Assembly: GCA_041666145.1 (NCBI GenBank)
Contig: JBAYHK010000002.1
Location: 64,260 to 128,259 of the forward strand
DNA length: 64,000 nucleotides
Direction: 5' to 3'
DNA from: Patescibacteria group bacterium
Lineage (GTDB): Bacteria > Patescibacteriota > Patescibacteriia > UBA9934
Shown: piece after piece, positions 1 to 8,878 of the stretch
Position numbering within the stretch: the stretch's first letter is position 1
Layout of the letters: each line of letters begins with the position of its first letter
Translations under genes and position numbers: made by a program
Notes under the pieces: model-generated
The model's input: only the letters and a program-made list of their open reading frames with translations
What the model was told of the DNA's origin: nothing
Database searches by the model: none

Positions 1-668
1 GTGTAGAAGCTGCCTTCGTCCGGCATTCTTCGGGCAGTACGCTCGAGGTCTTGAAGCTCCGGCAGCTCTTTGCCAAGGAACCGTTCGACTGCTCTGGCAC
101 TCGCGCTTTCACGGAACGGACCGTATTCAGCGAGAAAGAAAGCTCTGGTGAACCAGATCTCCACACGCCGACGCAAGTCATCTCCTTCCGGAAGGAAGTG
201 ACGCGCCGCATTTATGGTCGCATAGAACTCCCACGAACACATGATCCGGTAGGAGGGATCGTGCCATAGGTCGTGACGTGGGTTGAGCTTGAGTGTCGAC
301 TCGAAGACGTTCCGCAGAAACTGTTCGGTGAGCTGTTGCTCGTTCCAGCCGAAGAACTCCATGAGGCCACGTAGCGTGAGAGTGCCCTTGCGCTGTCCGA
401 TACAGACAGCGATTTTGTCGATGATAGAGAGCTCTGGTTTTTCTCCAGAACGATCCCTGGGTGTTTCTCTGTCGACTCGACAGCCGATGATCACGGGTTC
501 GTCGATGCGAGTGTGATCCTGGAAGTAGAATGTGTGTTCTTCCATCATTTCCCGGAGTGCAGCCAGGAATTCGTTCTTGAAACCATGTCTGACCATGAGT
601 TGCAGACGTTGATCGCCGGCAAACTCGATTGTACGGAGAAGCTCTGCGCGTTCTTCTTGACTGTTCAT
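1..668 (-). CDS. Hypothetical protein, runs off the window start (MNSQEERAELLRTIEF...ELPELQDLERTARRMPDEGSFY...)
   Basis: Not in the ORF track. ATG at 668 lies just after the stop of the 670-942 gene (TGAgATG). The parts of the frame I translated, near 668 and near 1, are open and protein-like with C/G-ending codons. Confidence 0.7.
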   Translation of the reverse strand, partial: MNSQEERAELLRTIEFAGDQRLQLMVRHGFKNEFLAALREMMEEHTFYFQDHTRIDEPVIIGCRVDRETPRDRSGEKPELSIIDKIAVCIGQRKGTLTLRGLMEFFGWNEQQLTEQFLRNVFESTLKLNPRHDLWHDPSYRIMCSWEFYATINAARHFLPEGDDLRRRVEIWFTRAFFLAEYGPFRESASARAVERFLGKELPELQDLERTARRMPDEGSFY

Positions 669-669
669 C

Positions 670-942
670 TCATTCTCCACGAACGTGCTCCACTCCCTCT
701 CGGGGCGAGCGTGTTCTGTTGGTGGTGGTAACGAACGCCTCGAAGACGTCGTCACCGTGGTCCCTGAGCATTATTGCCAGGAACCGGGCAGCGTTAGCTT
801 GTCGGCGTGGCCAACGAGCTGCGGCAACTCTTTGCACCTTGCTTGGGCTGCTTCCAGTCCTTGCAAGATCGACCAGCTCCACATGACGCAGAGCCGGACC
901 AGCGAGCTTTTTGAGCTCATCCAAGTTCATCGTCTGTGACAT
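670..942 (-). CDS. Hypothetical protein, 90 aa
   Basis: Strong SD (ACAGGAGG) 5 nt before the ATG; AT-rich promoter-like region at 960-1015. Confidence 0.7.
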   Translation of the reverse strand: MSQTMNLDELKKLAGPALRHVELVDLARTGSSPSKVQRVAAARWPRRQANAARFLAIMLRDHGDDVFEAFVTTTNRTRSPREGVEHVRGE

Positions 943-1137
943 GTAAGCCTCCTGTTATCAAAAGATCAACGGACGATGAAAAATACCATAATCCTATATA
1001 AAAATCAACTGCTTTCTCAATATTGAGTAATACATCGCTATCATGAAGCTCACAGAGGCGGATTTAGCTTGTTCATCAAAAACAAAACCGTCCACCAGAG
1101 TGAGCGGCCCGTATGGCGCTCGTGGTGGGCGGTGAGA

Positions 1138-1539
1138 CTATCCCTTATGAAACTCAATTTTATGACGATAGGCGACTGCAAATTCGTCTTCCTCGGTCGC
1201 CCCGAGGACCGTCATGACTTGGTCGAGCAGATCCTTGCGAGTCTGTACACGCAGACTCGTCGCCTCCCACTCCATTACGCAGACGTGGCGGCACGCAACC
1301 ACGAGGTGACCCGCGACACAGAGATCCGCTTGAGAAATCGGTGTCTCGGCCACTGCGTTGTACTGCATGAAGATGTTTGCCGCGGTAACTCCCCAGTCAT
1401 CTGTCCAAGCAGCAATGATCACTTCCGTGGTTCCGAAGAAGCGAAGTGGAACTGCTGCCGATAGACTCGAAGCAACGATCTGCTCTGGGGTTTTCTCCTC
1501 ATACCGCAAGGAACCGAGATCGAGCAACAAAACATGCAT
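1138..1539 (-). CDS. Hypothetical protein (MHVLLLDLGSLRY...)
   Basis: SD CAGGAG 5 nt before ATG 1539, preferred over the track start at 1593; GC hairpin downstream at about 1091-1130. Confidence 0.6.
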   Translation of the reverse strand: MHVLLLDLGSLRYEEKTPEQIVASSLSAAVPLRFFGTTEVIIAAWTDDWGVTAANIFMQYNAVAETPISQADLCVAGHLVVACRHVCVMEWEATSLRVQTRKDLLDQVMTVLGATEEDEFAVAYRHKIEFHKG

Positions 1540-1724
1540 GGTAGCTCCTGAAGAAACGCGGTGTTCAAAGCCGCTAGTGATTGATTCGAACAACTAACTA
1601 TACACAAAAAAACGTACTTTTGTCCATTTTAGATGGATAATTTCGCATTTTTCCAAAAACATTCCAACTAAAAAATGCCTCCCGCAAAAGTTCAAGCTCC
1701 GCCTTAACTAGCTCCTGAACTAGC

Positions 1725-1753
1725 AAAACCCCCAGCATTTTACTGGGGGTTTT
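1725..1753 (-). terminator. Intrinsic terminator after pheT
   Basis: AAAACCCCCAG-cattTTA-CTGGGGGTTTT hairpin with A/T tracts on both sides. Confidence 0.8.
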
Positions 1754-1795
1754 ACTGACTTTTGAGCGATACGCCTCTAGAACAGTTCCAACATT

Positions 1796-4180
1796 TTATG
1801 AGCGCACGATTCCTCCGACTCGGAGAGCGAGTTCGCGGGTGACTGTCGCAATGAGTGTATCGACTTCTTCTCCGGTAAGCGTTCTGTCTGGCGCCATCAT
1901 CGTCACAGACAATGTCACGCTCTTCTTTCCTGCAGGAACCTCTGATCCACGATACGTTTCGACAACGTCGCAAGCACGAACAAGTGCGCCGGAACCACAT
2001 ACCACGTCACGAACCTTTTCGAATTCAGAACGTTCGTCTAGAAGCACGGCGATATCACGACGAACGGACGGGAATGTTGGCACTGGACGATATGAATGAG
2101 TGAGTTTCATTCTTGGCATAAATGCTTCAACATCAATCTTTGCAAGAAATACTGGCCGATGAATGCCGAATGCTTCCTGAAAATCCGCAGAAACCTGTCC
2201 AAGAACGCCAACACGAACACCGTCTGAATGCACAGAAACCGAACGGCCAGGATGCCAATGATTTTCGTCGTCTAATCGTTCAAAGGTAAAGGCAATTCCC
2301 GTTCTCGCCGCAATCCACTCCAAAAGTCCTCTGAGCTCCATGAATGTTTTTTCGGCATCAAAGATTCCATACATGCCAGCCAAAAACATTAATCGTTCAT
2401 CTGGTAAATCCCCTTCACGCGGAATGTATACACGAGACACTTCAAATGTTTTTGCAGAAGGAACAAGTGCCTGATTCCTCTCAATTGCCCGAAGCATGGA
2501 CGGAGTAAGCGTTGGACGAAGATGCGTCAAATCAGCAGTCAATGGATTCAAAACATTTAATGCATCTTTTGGACTAATTCCATACGACTGAAGATCTGCA
2601 ACACTTACTAACGAGTTACTGAAACATTCCACAAAGCCACGCTCTGCAAGAACGCGCTTCAGCCATTGCTCCCAAACAAGAGAGGCGTCGTCTACCCCAT
2701 CTGGCAGGCGCGATGCCGGCAATACTGACGGCATGTTGTGATATCCGTACATGCGAGCGACTTCTTCTGTGAAATCGATTTCTCCTTCAATGTCTTCTTC
2801 GCGCCAATATGGAACAGTGGCATTGAATACCTTCCCAGATTTCTCAAGAGAAAAACCAAGATCTGTAAGAGTCTTCTTCATTTGAGCATCTGAAATATCA
2901 ATGCCAATGTGAGAACGAATCTTTTCAAAGTCTACTGAAAAAATCTTTGGCTCATACGGCGCAACTCGCTCGTCAATAACTTCACCAACAACAACACCGC
3001 CACAAATCTCTTTTATGAGTTCAATTGCACGAGCCAATGCAATTGCAGGCATTTCTACAGAAAGTCCTTTTTCAAAAAGCGTCTGTGCGTCACTTGAAAG
3101 ATCTAACGCTCGACCAGTACGACGAATGCTCTGCGCATCAAAAGTCGACGCAACAAGAACCAGAGAAGTGGTTTCTTTTTTAATCCCAGAATTTTCGCCA
3201 CCCATAATTCCGGCAATATCAAGCGGCCTTACTGCGTCGGCAATAACTAAATGACCATCTAGAGAATACGTTTTTCCATTCAATGCAAAAATTTCTTCGC
3301 CAGAAGTCCCACGACGAACATGCAACTCGTCACCTTCTATCGCATTCAAATCAAATGAGTGCAAAGGCTGACCGTATTCCAACATGACGTAATTCGTAAT
3401 GTCCACAATCGCGTTAATTGGACGCAATCCATTCAAAACAAGCCGCTTTTGTATCCACCATGGCGACGATCCGATTACGACGTCAGACATAACGGCCGCC
3501 ATTTGGCGACGACATCCTTTCTTGTCGTCAATAATGACGCTAATTGGCGAAACCCCTTCTCCTCGCAATAATTCTGTTGGTTCCCAAGAAAACTTTGCAT
3601 TCACCGCAGCGCCAGCTTCGCGAGCAAGGCCCACAATTCCCTTTGCGTCCGGTCGATTCGTTGTAATCTCAACGTCGAAGACTACGTCATCCAATCCAAG
3701 TGCGTCAGCGAGTGGGGTTCCTGCAGGAGCATCTGTAATGGAACCAAGGCTCCAAATACTTCGCTCCCCCACCTGTAACGCATCAAAACCAATCTCCGCT
3801 GGCCCGCACAACATGCCCGCACTTTCTACGTCGCGAATTGTGCTGAGATTAATTTCACGTCGCTCACCATTCCCGCTAAAAACTTTCGCACCAGGCAAAG
3901 CAACCGCAACTCGCATTCCCTCGACAAGATTTGTTCCACCACAAACAATAGTCACTTCTTTTTTTCCAATGTTTACAGTCACAACATGAAGACGATCTGC
4001 ATTTGGATGCTGAGCAATGGTCAGAAGATCTCCGACAACAATATTCGCGCAGCGCGCACCAATGTCGTCAATACTTTCCACACTCATCGAGCGCAATGAA
4101 AACTCCTTCGCAAACTCTTCTGGAGAGAGATTTGTTTTTATGTACTCCTTCAGCCAGTGATATGAGGCGAGAATATTCAT
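1796..4180 (-). CDS. pheT: Phenylalanine--tRNA ligase beta subunit
   Basis: HPNADRL, IVCGGTN, EITTNRPD, VDITNYVMLEYGQPLHSFD, EEVARMYGY motifs and a C-terminal FDX-ACB domain (GKKSVT). Confidence 0.98.
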   Translation of the reverse strand: MNILASYHWLKEYIKTNLSPEEFAKEFSLRSMSVESIDDIGARCANIVVGDLLTIAQHPNADRLHVVTVNIGKKEVTIVCGGTNLVEGMRVAVALPGAKVFSGNGERREINLSTIRDVESAGMLCGPAEIGFDALQVGERSIWSLGSITDAPAGTPLADALGLDDVVFDVEITTNRPDAKGIVGLAREAGAAVNAKFSWEPTELLRGEGVSPISVIIDDKKGCRRQMAAVMSDVVIGSSPWWIQKRLVLNGLRPINAIVDITNYVMLEYGQPLHSFDLNAIEGDELHVRRGTSGEEIFALNGKTYSLDGHLVIADAVRPLDIAGIMGGENSGIKKETTSLVLVASTFDAQSIRRTGRALDLSSDAQTLFEKGLSVEMPAIALARAIELIKEICGGVVVGEVIDERVAPYEPKIFSVDFEKIRSHIGIDISDAQMKKTLTDLGFSLEKSGKVFNATVPYWREEDIEGEIDFTEEVARMYGYHNMPSVLPASRLPDGVDDASLVWEQWLKRVLAERGFVECFSNSLVSVADLQSYGISPKDALNVLNPLTADLTHLRPTLTPSMLRAIERNQALVPSAKTFEVSRVYIPREGDLPDERLMFLAGMYGIFDAEKTFMELRGLLEWIAARTGIAFTFERLDDENHWHPGRSVSVHSDGVRVGVLGQVSADFQEAFGIHRPVFLAKIDVEAFMPRMKLTHSYRPVPTFPSVRRDIAVLLDERSEFEKVRDVVCGSGALVRACDVVETYRGSEVPAGKKSVTLSVTMMAPDRTLTGEEVDTLIATVTRELALRVGGIVRS

Positions 4181-4181
4181 A

Positions 4182-5249
4182 CTAGAATTGCGTCAAAAAT
4201 CGCAGATCGTTCTTATAAAGCGTGCGAATGTCGTCAATGTTAATTCCTGAACGCATCATCATGGTGCGCTCAAGTCCCCATCCAAACGCAAAACCTGAAT
4301 ACTTTTCTGGATCTAAGCCTCCGGCCTTCAGCACGTGCGGATGAACCATTCCCGCACCACCAAGCTCGAGCCATCCCTCTTTGCATAACTTACATTTCAC
4401 GTCGTTTACCTTGCCGGTTCCGTTACAGACACTGCACGAAACATCGAGCTCAAAACTTGGCTCAGTAAATCGAAAGTGATATGGGCGTAATCGCGTTGCA
4501 CGATCTGGCCCAAAATATCGTTTTACAAAATAATCAAAAACACCCTTAAGCTCAGTAACCGTCACCTTCTCATCAATCATGAGCCCTTCAAATTGATGAA
4601 ACATAGAAAGATGCCGTGCACTTGATTGACGGCGATAACACTTTCCAATCGAAATCATTCGAATAGGAAGCTTGCCTTTTTGCATTTCACGCACCTGACC
4701 GTTGCTCGTATGTGGCGTGAGAACCACCTTCCCAAGGTCGCCAGTCATGACTGAATCTCCGTCTGCAACAAAGAACGTCTCCCAATCATCTCGAGCAGGA
4801 TGTTCCTTTGGCATGTTTAATGACTCAAAAGCGTAATAGTCCCAATCCACTTCTGGATGGTGAACGCGCACAAAACCAAGATGAGAAAAGATGCAGGAAA
4901 TTTCTTCAATTCCCTGCGTTGTAAGGTGAAGATGGCCAATTGCTGACGTTGAACCTGGCAATGTAACGTCAATCCACTCCTTCCCATAACGTTCAGATTT
5001 CGCTGCATCTGCCACCCGTGACTGTGCCGCATCAAACGCGCCCTCTAACATTCGTTTTACGTCATTCGCATGCTTTCCCATCTCCCGTCGTTCATCGTCA
5101 GACAAGCCTGCAAGATCTTTCATCGCTTCAGCCATCCGGCCTTTTCTGCCAATGAAATCAATGCGAACAGCCTCAAGATCTTCTGCAGTTTTTACTGCAG
5201 AAAATGCCTGCAATGCATCGGCCTGTAATTGCTGAAATACATCAGTCAT
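4182..5249 (-). CDS. pheS: Phenylalanine--tRNA ligase alpha subunit
   Basis: HPARD, HTSNGQ, MFHQFEG, FRFTEPSFE, GWLELGGAGMVHP and GFAFGWGLER motifs; directly upstream of pheT. Confidence 0.98.
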   Translation of the reverse strand: MTDVFQQLQADALQAFSAVKTAEDLEAVRIDFIGRKGRMAEAMKDLAGLSDDERREMGKHANDVKRMLEGAFDAAQSRVADAAKSERYGKEWIDVTLPGSTSAIGHLHLTTQGIEEISCIFSHLGFVRVHHPEVDWDYYAFESLNMPKEHPARDDWETFFVADGDSVMTGDLGKVVLTPHTSNGQVREMQKGKLPIRMISIGKCYRRQSSARHLSMFHQFEGLMIDEKVTVTELKGVFDYFVKRYFGPDRATRLRPYHFRFTEPSFELDVSCSVCNGTGKVNDVKCKLCKEGWLELGGAGMVHPHVLKAGGLDPEKYSGFAFGWGLERTMMMRSGINIDDIRTLYKNDLRFLTQF

Positions 5250-5253
5250 ACAC

Positions 5254-6336
5254 CTAGAAAAAATGAACAATATCCTTCACCGTAACAATAATGACAATGA
5301 GAAGCAAGAATGCAAACCCAACGGCATGAACCCCTTGCTCGAACACTACACTGGCCTTTTTTCGACGAATTGCTTCATAAAAGAGGAAAACCAATCTTCC
5401 TCCGTCTAACGCAGGGAACGGCAGAATGTTAATCACCGCAAGGTTAATCGAAAGCATTGCCGCGAATTGAACAAGATGAAATGCGCCGAGTGACGCTACT
5501 TGCCCAGTCAAAACAGCAATCCCTACTGGACCAGATAAATTCGCAGAAACATCTTGCTGAAGGAAAAGCCCCTTTATCATGTTTCCAAATGCAGACAATA
5601 CTTCCCAAGTTGACGATGCGGTAACTTCAAAACCCTTCCCAGGGGCGCTGTACCACGGATATCGAACAAATCCCGTTTCAACAATGGCAACACCAACGCC
5701 GTCACGACCAAGCTCTGCAACATACATCGGCGCTACCGAAAGCGTCTGCGTCTCACCATTTCGAGAAACCATGATCGAGAGTGGAGTTGAATCGGTGTGT
5801 GGAATCAATGCACCTCGAGCTTCGATTCCTGATTCATAGCCAACTCCGTCGATAGTGAGCAATCGATCACCGATTTTTGCTCCGGCGACATCTGCGGCAG
5901 AACCAGGAAGAATCTCAACGATGCTGATCATCCTGTCTGAAACGACTGCTCCAGATTCCACTCCATCTTCAACAATCGTTGGAAGGCCAAAAACGAAACC
6001 GACAGTAAAAAGCACCCACGCAAGAACAAGGTTCATGACGACTCCGGCAATAACCACTACAAAACGCTTAAACCACTTTTGACTAGCAAAGCTGTCTGGT
6101 GCATGTGCGTCTCCATCCGACTCCCCCTTGATCTTCACAAAACCGCCCAGTGGAATCGCATTCACACTCCACAGTGTCCCCTTCTTACTCTTCCACCCAA
6201 AAATTCTTGGAGGAAATCCAATGCCAAACTCGTCAACCGTCATGCCTGAACGTCGTGCTGCAAAGAAATGCCCCCATTCATGCACTAAAACTAACACGGA
6301 AAGTAATGCAAGAAACAAAAGGATGGTCCAAAACAT
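5254..6336 (-). CDS. rseP: RIP (site-2) zinc metalloprotease, M50 family, with PDZ domain
   Basis: HEWGH, AIPLGGFVKI, AGVVMN and NILPFPALDGG motifs; start set to ATG 6336, 9 nt after a TACACT -10 box. Confidence 0.93.
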   Translation of the reverse strand: MFWTILLFLALLSVLVLVHEWGHFFAARRSGMTVDEFGIGFPPRIFGWKSKKGTLWSVNAIPLGGFVKIKGESDGDAHAPDSFASQKWFKRFVVVIAGVVMNLVLAWVLFTVGFVFGLPTIVEDGVESGAVVSDRMISIVEILPGSAADVAGAKIGDRLLTIDGVGYESGIEARGALIPHTDSTPLSIMVSRNGETQTLSVAPMYVAELGRDGVGVAIVETGFVRYPWYSAPGKGFEVTASSTWEVLSAFGNMIKGLFLQQDVSANLSGPVGIAVLTGQVASLGAFHLVQFAAMLSINLAVINILPFPALDGGRLVFLFYEAIRRKKASVVFEQGVHAVGFAFLLLIVIIVTVKDIVHFF

Positions 6337-6384
6337 AGTGCGCACAGTGTAGCGAAAAAGAACGTATCCGACTACCGTCAAAAT

Positions 6385-6730
6385 AAAAGGAAAACCCGAT
6401 CGCCACGCAATGTGAGCGACCGGGCAGTGGGAACGAAGCAGACATTCCGACCCTGCGACACAGGATCGGACTTACTAGTCACCTGGATGGAATTGCTGCC
6501 AACTCGAGCATTTCATGCCCAAACGTCGGCAACTCATCCTTCTTTTACCTCCACCAGTAAGGCTTGTCATCGTTGGTGCACCTGTTGGGAAGTGAGCGTG
6601 ATAACGCCGAACCTGACGTCAGAATCCGGGACGAATCCCAGACGACGGAACACGGAGGAAATCATGCTGCGACCTCGCGAACGCCGCGTTACGACCGGGA
6701 TGTTGTATCCCGATAACTAGCGGCGAAAGG
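6385..6730 (-). ncRNA. Candidate structured ncRNA 1 (about 340 nt), unknown family
   Basis: GC-rich with no long minus-strand ORF; hairpins at 6446-6470 and 6485-6539; terminator-like hairpin 6395-6424 followed by UUUUCCUUUU; TTGACG at 6755-6760 upstream, but the -10 is weak. Confidence 0.4.
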
Positions 6731-6805
6731 AATTCAAACATAAAAAAAATAGACCGTCAATTTTAAAACGAACATGGTCAAAATCATACTGACAGTAACA
6801 TGCTT

Positions 6806-7508
6806 AAAAAGCGAAGACCCGGCCACCGTCTCCGTAACGCCGTAGCGTTGGGACAGTGGACCGGGTCAGAAAACCCATCGTGAGGGAGTGCCGTGGCACT
6901 TCGTTGAAAGGACAGTGTTGTGCCGAACAGGTCCCGAAGAACCTGACGGGTGCACAGCTGCCCAGAGAGACATGAGCGACGTCGCTGGGCGACGAGGCAA
7001 GACCTTCGTAGGACGGAACTTCGACGGACACTCACCTCAAGATCGACCGGACACACTGTCGCGCTCGGACAAGGCCCAAGCGAGGCAGCCGGCCTCGCAT
7101 CATCCTTTTGAGCTCCTTCACTCTGGATACGGAGCTCTGTGTATTTTTCGCCATCACTACTTCCCGTTCCGGCCGTTCTTGGTCAATCGATTGGCGTCGT
7201 CGGTGAAGCGTTCAGAACAGGTCGGGTTCAGGGTGCCGAGGCAGTACGCAGCGGTGCGAACGGACATTCGGCCGGGAGGGCCGATGCTGGGGAAGTTCAT
7301 GAGGATCTCCTGTGTTGGCTGGCCTGATCAAGGAAGCAAATGGCCGAGGGCGGCCAGATGCTGGGAATGGCCCAAAATTGGGCGACGGTGCTGCGGAAAC
7401 ACGCAAACGCGCAAGGCGTTTCGTGGTGCGATGCATCGAGCGAGGGGTTTGACCCTCAAGAAAAAGCTCCGAAGAGCAAGTTCTTAGCCGAACTACAAGT
7501 GCAACGCA
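6806..7508 (-). ncRNA. Candidate structured RNA 2 (about 700 nt) carrying a small SD-led ORF
   Basis: Promoter TTGACA-18-TGTAAT upstream; two cUUCGg tetraloop hairpins (7466-7477, 6928-6945); long terminal hairpin 6816-6867 followed by a U tract. Confidence 0.45.
7157..7300 (-). CDS. Small ORF, 47 aa (MNFPSIGPPGRMSVRTAAYCLGTLNPTCSERFTDDANRLTKNGRNGK)
   Basis: ACAGGAG SD 6 nt before ATG 7300; stop TAG at 7157-7159; below the ORF-track size cutoff. Confidence 0.4.
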   Translation of the reverse strand: MNFPSIGPPGRMSVRTAAYCLGTLNPTCSERFTDDANRLTKNGRNGK

Positions 7509-7514
7509 AAGTGG

Positions 7515-7544
7515 ATTACATCACGCCTCATTTCTTCGTGTCAA
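7515..7544 (-). promoter_or_regulatory. Sigma70-type promoter for the 6806-7508 unit
   Basis: TTGACA (7544-7539), 18-nt spacer, TGa-TGTAAT extended -10 (7523-7515). Confidence 0.55.
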
Positions 7545-7567
7545 ATCTTTATCAACTCTACAAAAAA

Positions 7568-8878
7568 TTACACAATATTTTTCACAGCACTGATAAATTG
7601 TTCGCCGCGTTCAACAAAATTCTTGAATTGCCCAAAACTTGGTGATGCCGGCGAAAGGAGACAAACTGAATCTTTTTCACAATGTTCAAGAACGTCTCTA
7701 ACAATCTCTGGAAATGTGCTGATCATAATCGGAATACCGCCAGCAGAACGAACTGCTTCTGCGAAACGATCAGCATTCTTCAACAGATAAACTCGAACCC
7801 CAAGATCGACAATACGCTGTGCAATTTCTGAAAAGTCATAGCCACGGTCATGGCCGCCGACGATAATGGCACAAAGACGATCTTGAAAAACATCGATCGC
7901 TGCAAGTGCAGCTGCTGGAGTGGTACAAAATGAATCGTTAATAAATTGGATGCCATTGATTGTCCCAACATCTTGCAATCGATGCGGCAATGACTTGAAT
8001 GACGCAAAAGCACGATCAACAACCGCACGATTGATGCCTAAATAATCGGCAACCGCCAAAACTCCTGCAGCATTTTCACGGTTATGCTCACCAAGAAGCG
8101 TAATCGAATCCAAAGATCGATCGCTTCGATCAACAAACTGAATCGCTTTCGACTTCACGCGCTTCGCAAGATCGACGAGCTGAGGAAAATGTTCGTTATA
8201 CACGAAAACGTCATTCGATGTTTGTACATCTGCAATCCGCATTTTTGCCGCGTGATAACTCGCAACATCGCCGTGATAATCCATGTGCTCTTCATACAGA
8301 TTCAACATGACTGCGATATTCGGAGCGATTACTAAATCAGAAAGCTGATAGCTCGACATTTCAAGAACGAAAATCGTATCCGCAGGTTCGTCAATATGTG
8401 TAATCGCTGGTTCTCCGATATTTCCAGCAAGCACAACTCGCCTCCCCGCCTCTTTAAGAACATGCGCGAGCAATGACGCCGTCGTACTCTTACCTTTTGT
8501 GCCAGTCACTCCGATGATGAAGCCAGACTTCTTGTCGACCCCCTCCAACTCCCCTTTGTTCAGGGGGAAGGTTCGCAACTGACGCTCAGCCATGAAAAGA
8601 TTCGTCGACGATGTGAAGTGCGCTCCAGCATTCTGCATCTCCTCAACATATGCTCGATGCCATGGGACTCCTGGAGACTTAATCACGATTGCTTCAGACG
8701 TAACCACAGCGATCGCATCAGCAAGCTCATGAAACTCAGGGACATCGATTTTCTTCTCATCAGTCACAAGAATTCTCGCAGTTGGAACATGCGACTTTAT
8801 AACGTCATACGTTGCCCTGCCCTCTTTTCCAAAGCCAAGAATGATCACGAGTTTTCCAGATAAATCAACGAGACGCAT
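7568..8878 (-). CDS. murD: UDP-MurNAc-L-Ala--glutamate ligase, probably the L-Glu-adding MurD2 type
   Basis: GFGKEG, KSPGV, GVTGTKGKSTT, EMSSYQL, HMDYHG, LPHRL, NDS and LLSPASPSFGQFKNFVERG motifs; overlaps the murL stop. Confidence 0.9.
   Translation of the reverse strand: MRLVDLSGKLVIILGFGKEGRATYDVIKSHVPTARILVTDEKKIDVPEFHELADAIAVVTSEAIVIKSPGVPWHRAYVEEMQNAGAHFTSSTNLFMAERQLRTFPLNKGELEGVDKKSGFIIGVTGTKGKSTTASLLAHVLKEAGRRVVLAGNIGEPAITHIDEPADTIFVLEMSSYQLSDLVIAPNIAVMLNLYEEHMDYHGDVASYHAAKMRIADVQTSNDVFVYNEHFPQLVDLAKRVKSKAIQFVDRSDRSLDSITLLGEHNRENAAGVLAVADYLGINRAVVDRAFASFKSLPHRLQDVGTINGIQFINDSFCTTPAAALAAIDVFQDRLCAIIVGGHDRGYDFSEIAQRIVDLGVRVYLLKNADRFAEAVRSAGGIPIMISTFPEIVRDVLEHCEKDSVCLLSPASPSFGQFKNFVERGEQFISAVKNIV
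8538..8572. repeat. Short palindromic element inserted in frame in murD
   Basis: ACCCCCTCCAACTCCCCTTTGTTCAGGGGGAAGGT encodes TFPLNKGELEGV just before the P-loop strand. Confidence 0.55.

Noticed and set aside
6888-7487. 199-aa plus-strand ORF
   Set aside because: Arg/Pro/Cys-rich shadow composition and no start signals; the promoter, UUCG loops and terminator all point to the minus strand.
6385-7508. RNase P RNA, tmRNA or SRP RNA
   Set aside because: No GAGGAAAGUCC P4 motif, no tRNA-like acceptor and T-arm ends, and no SRP domain IV motif recognised on either strand.
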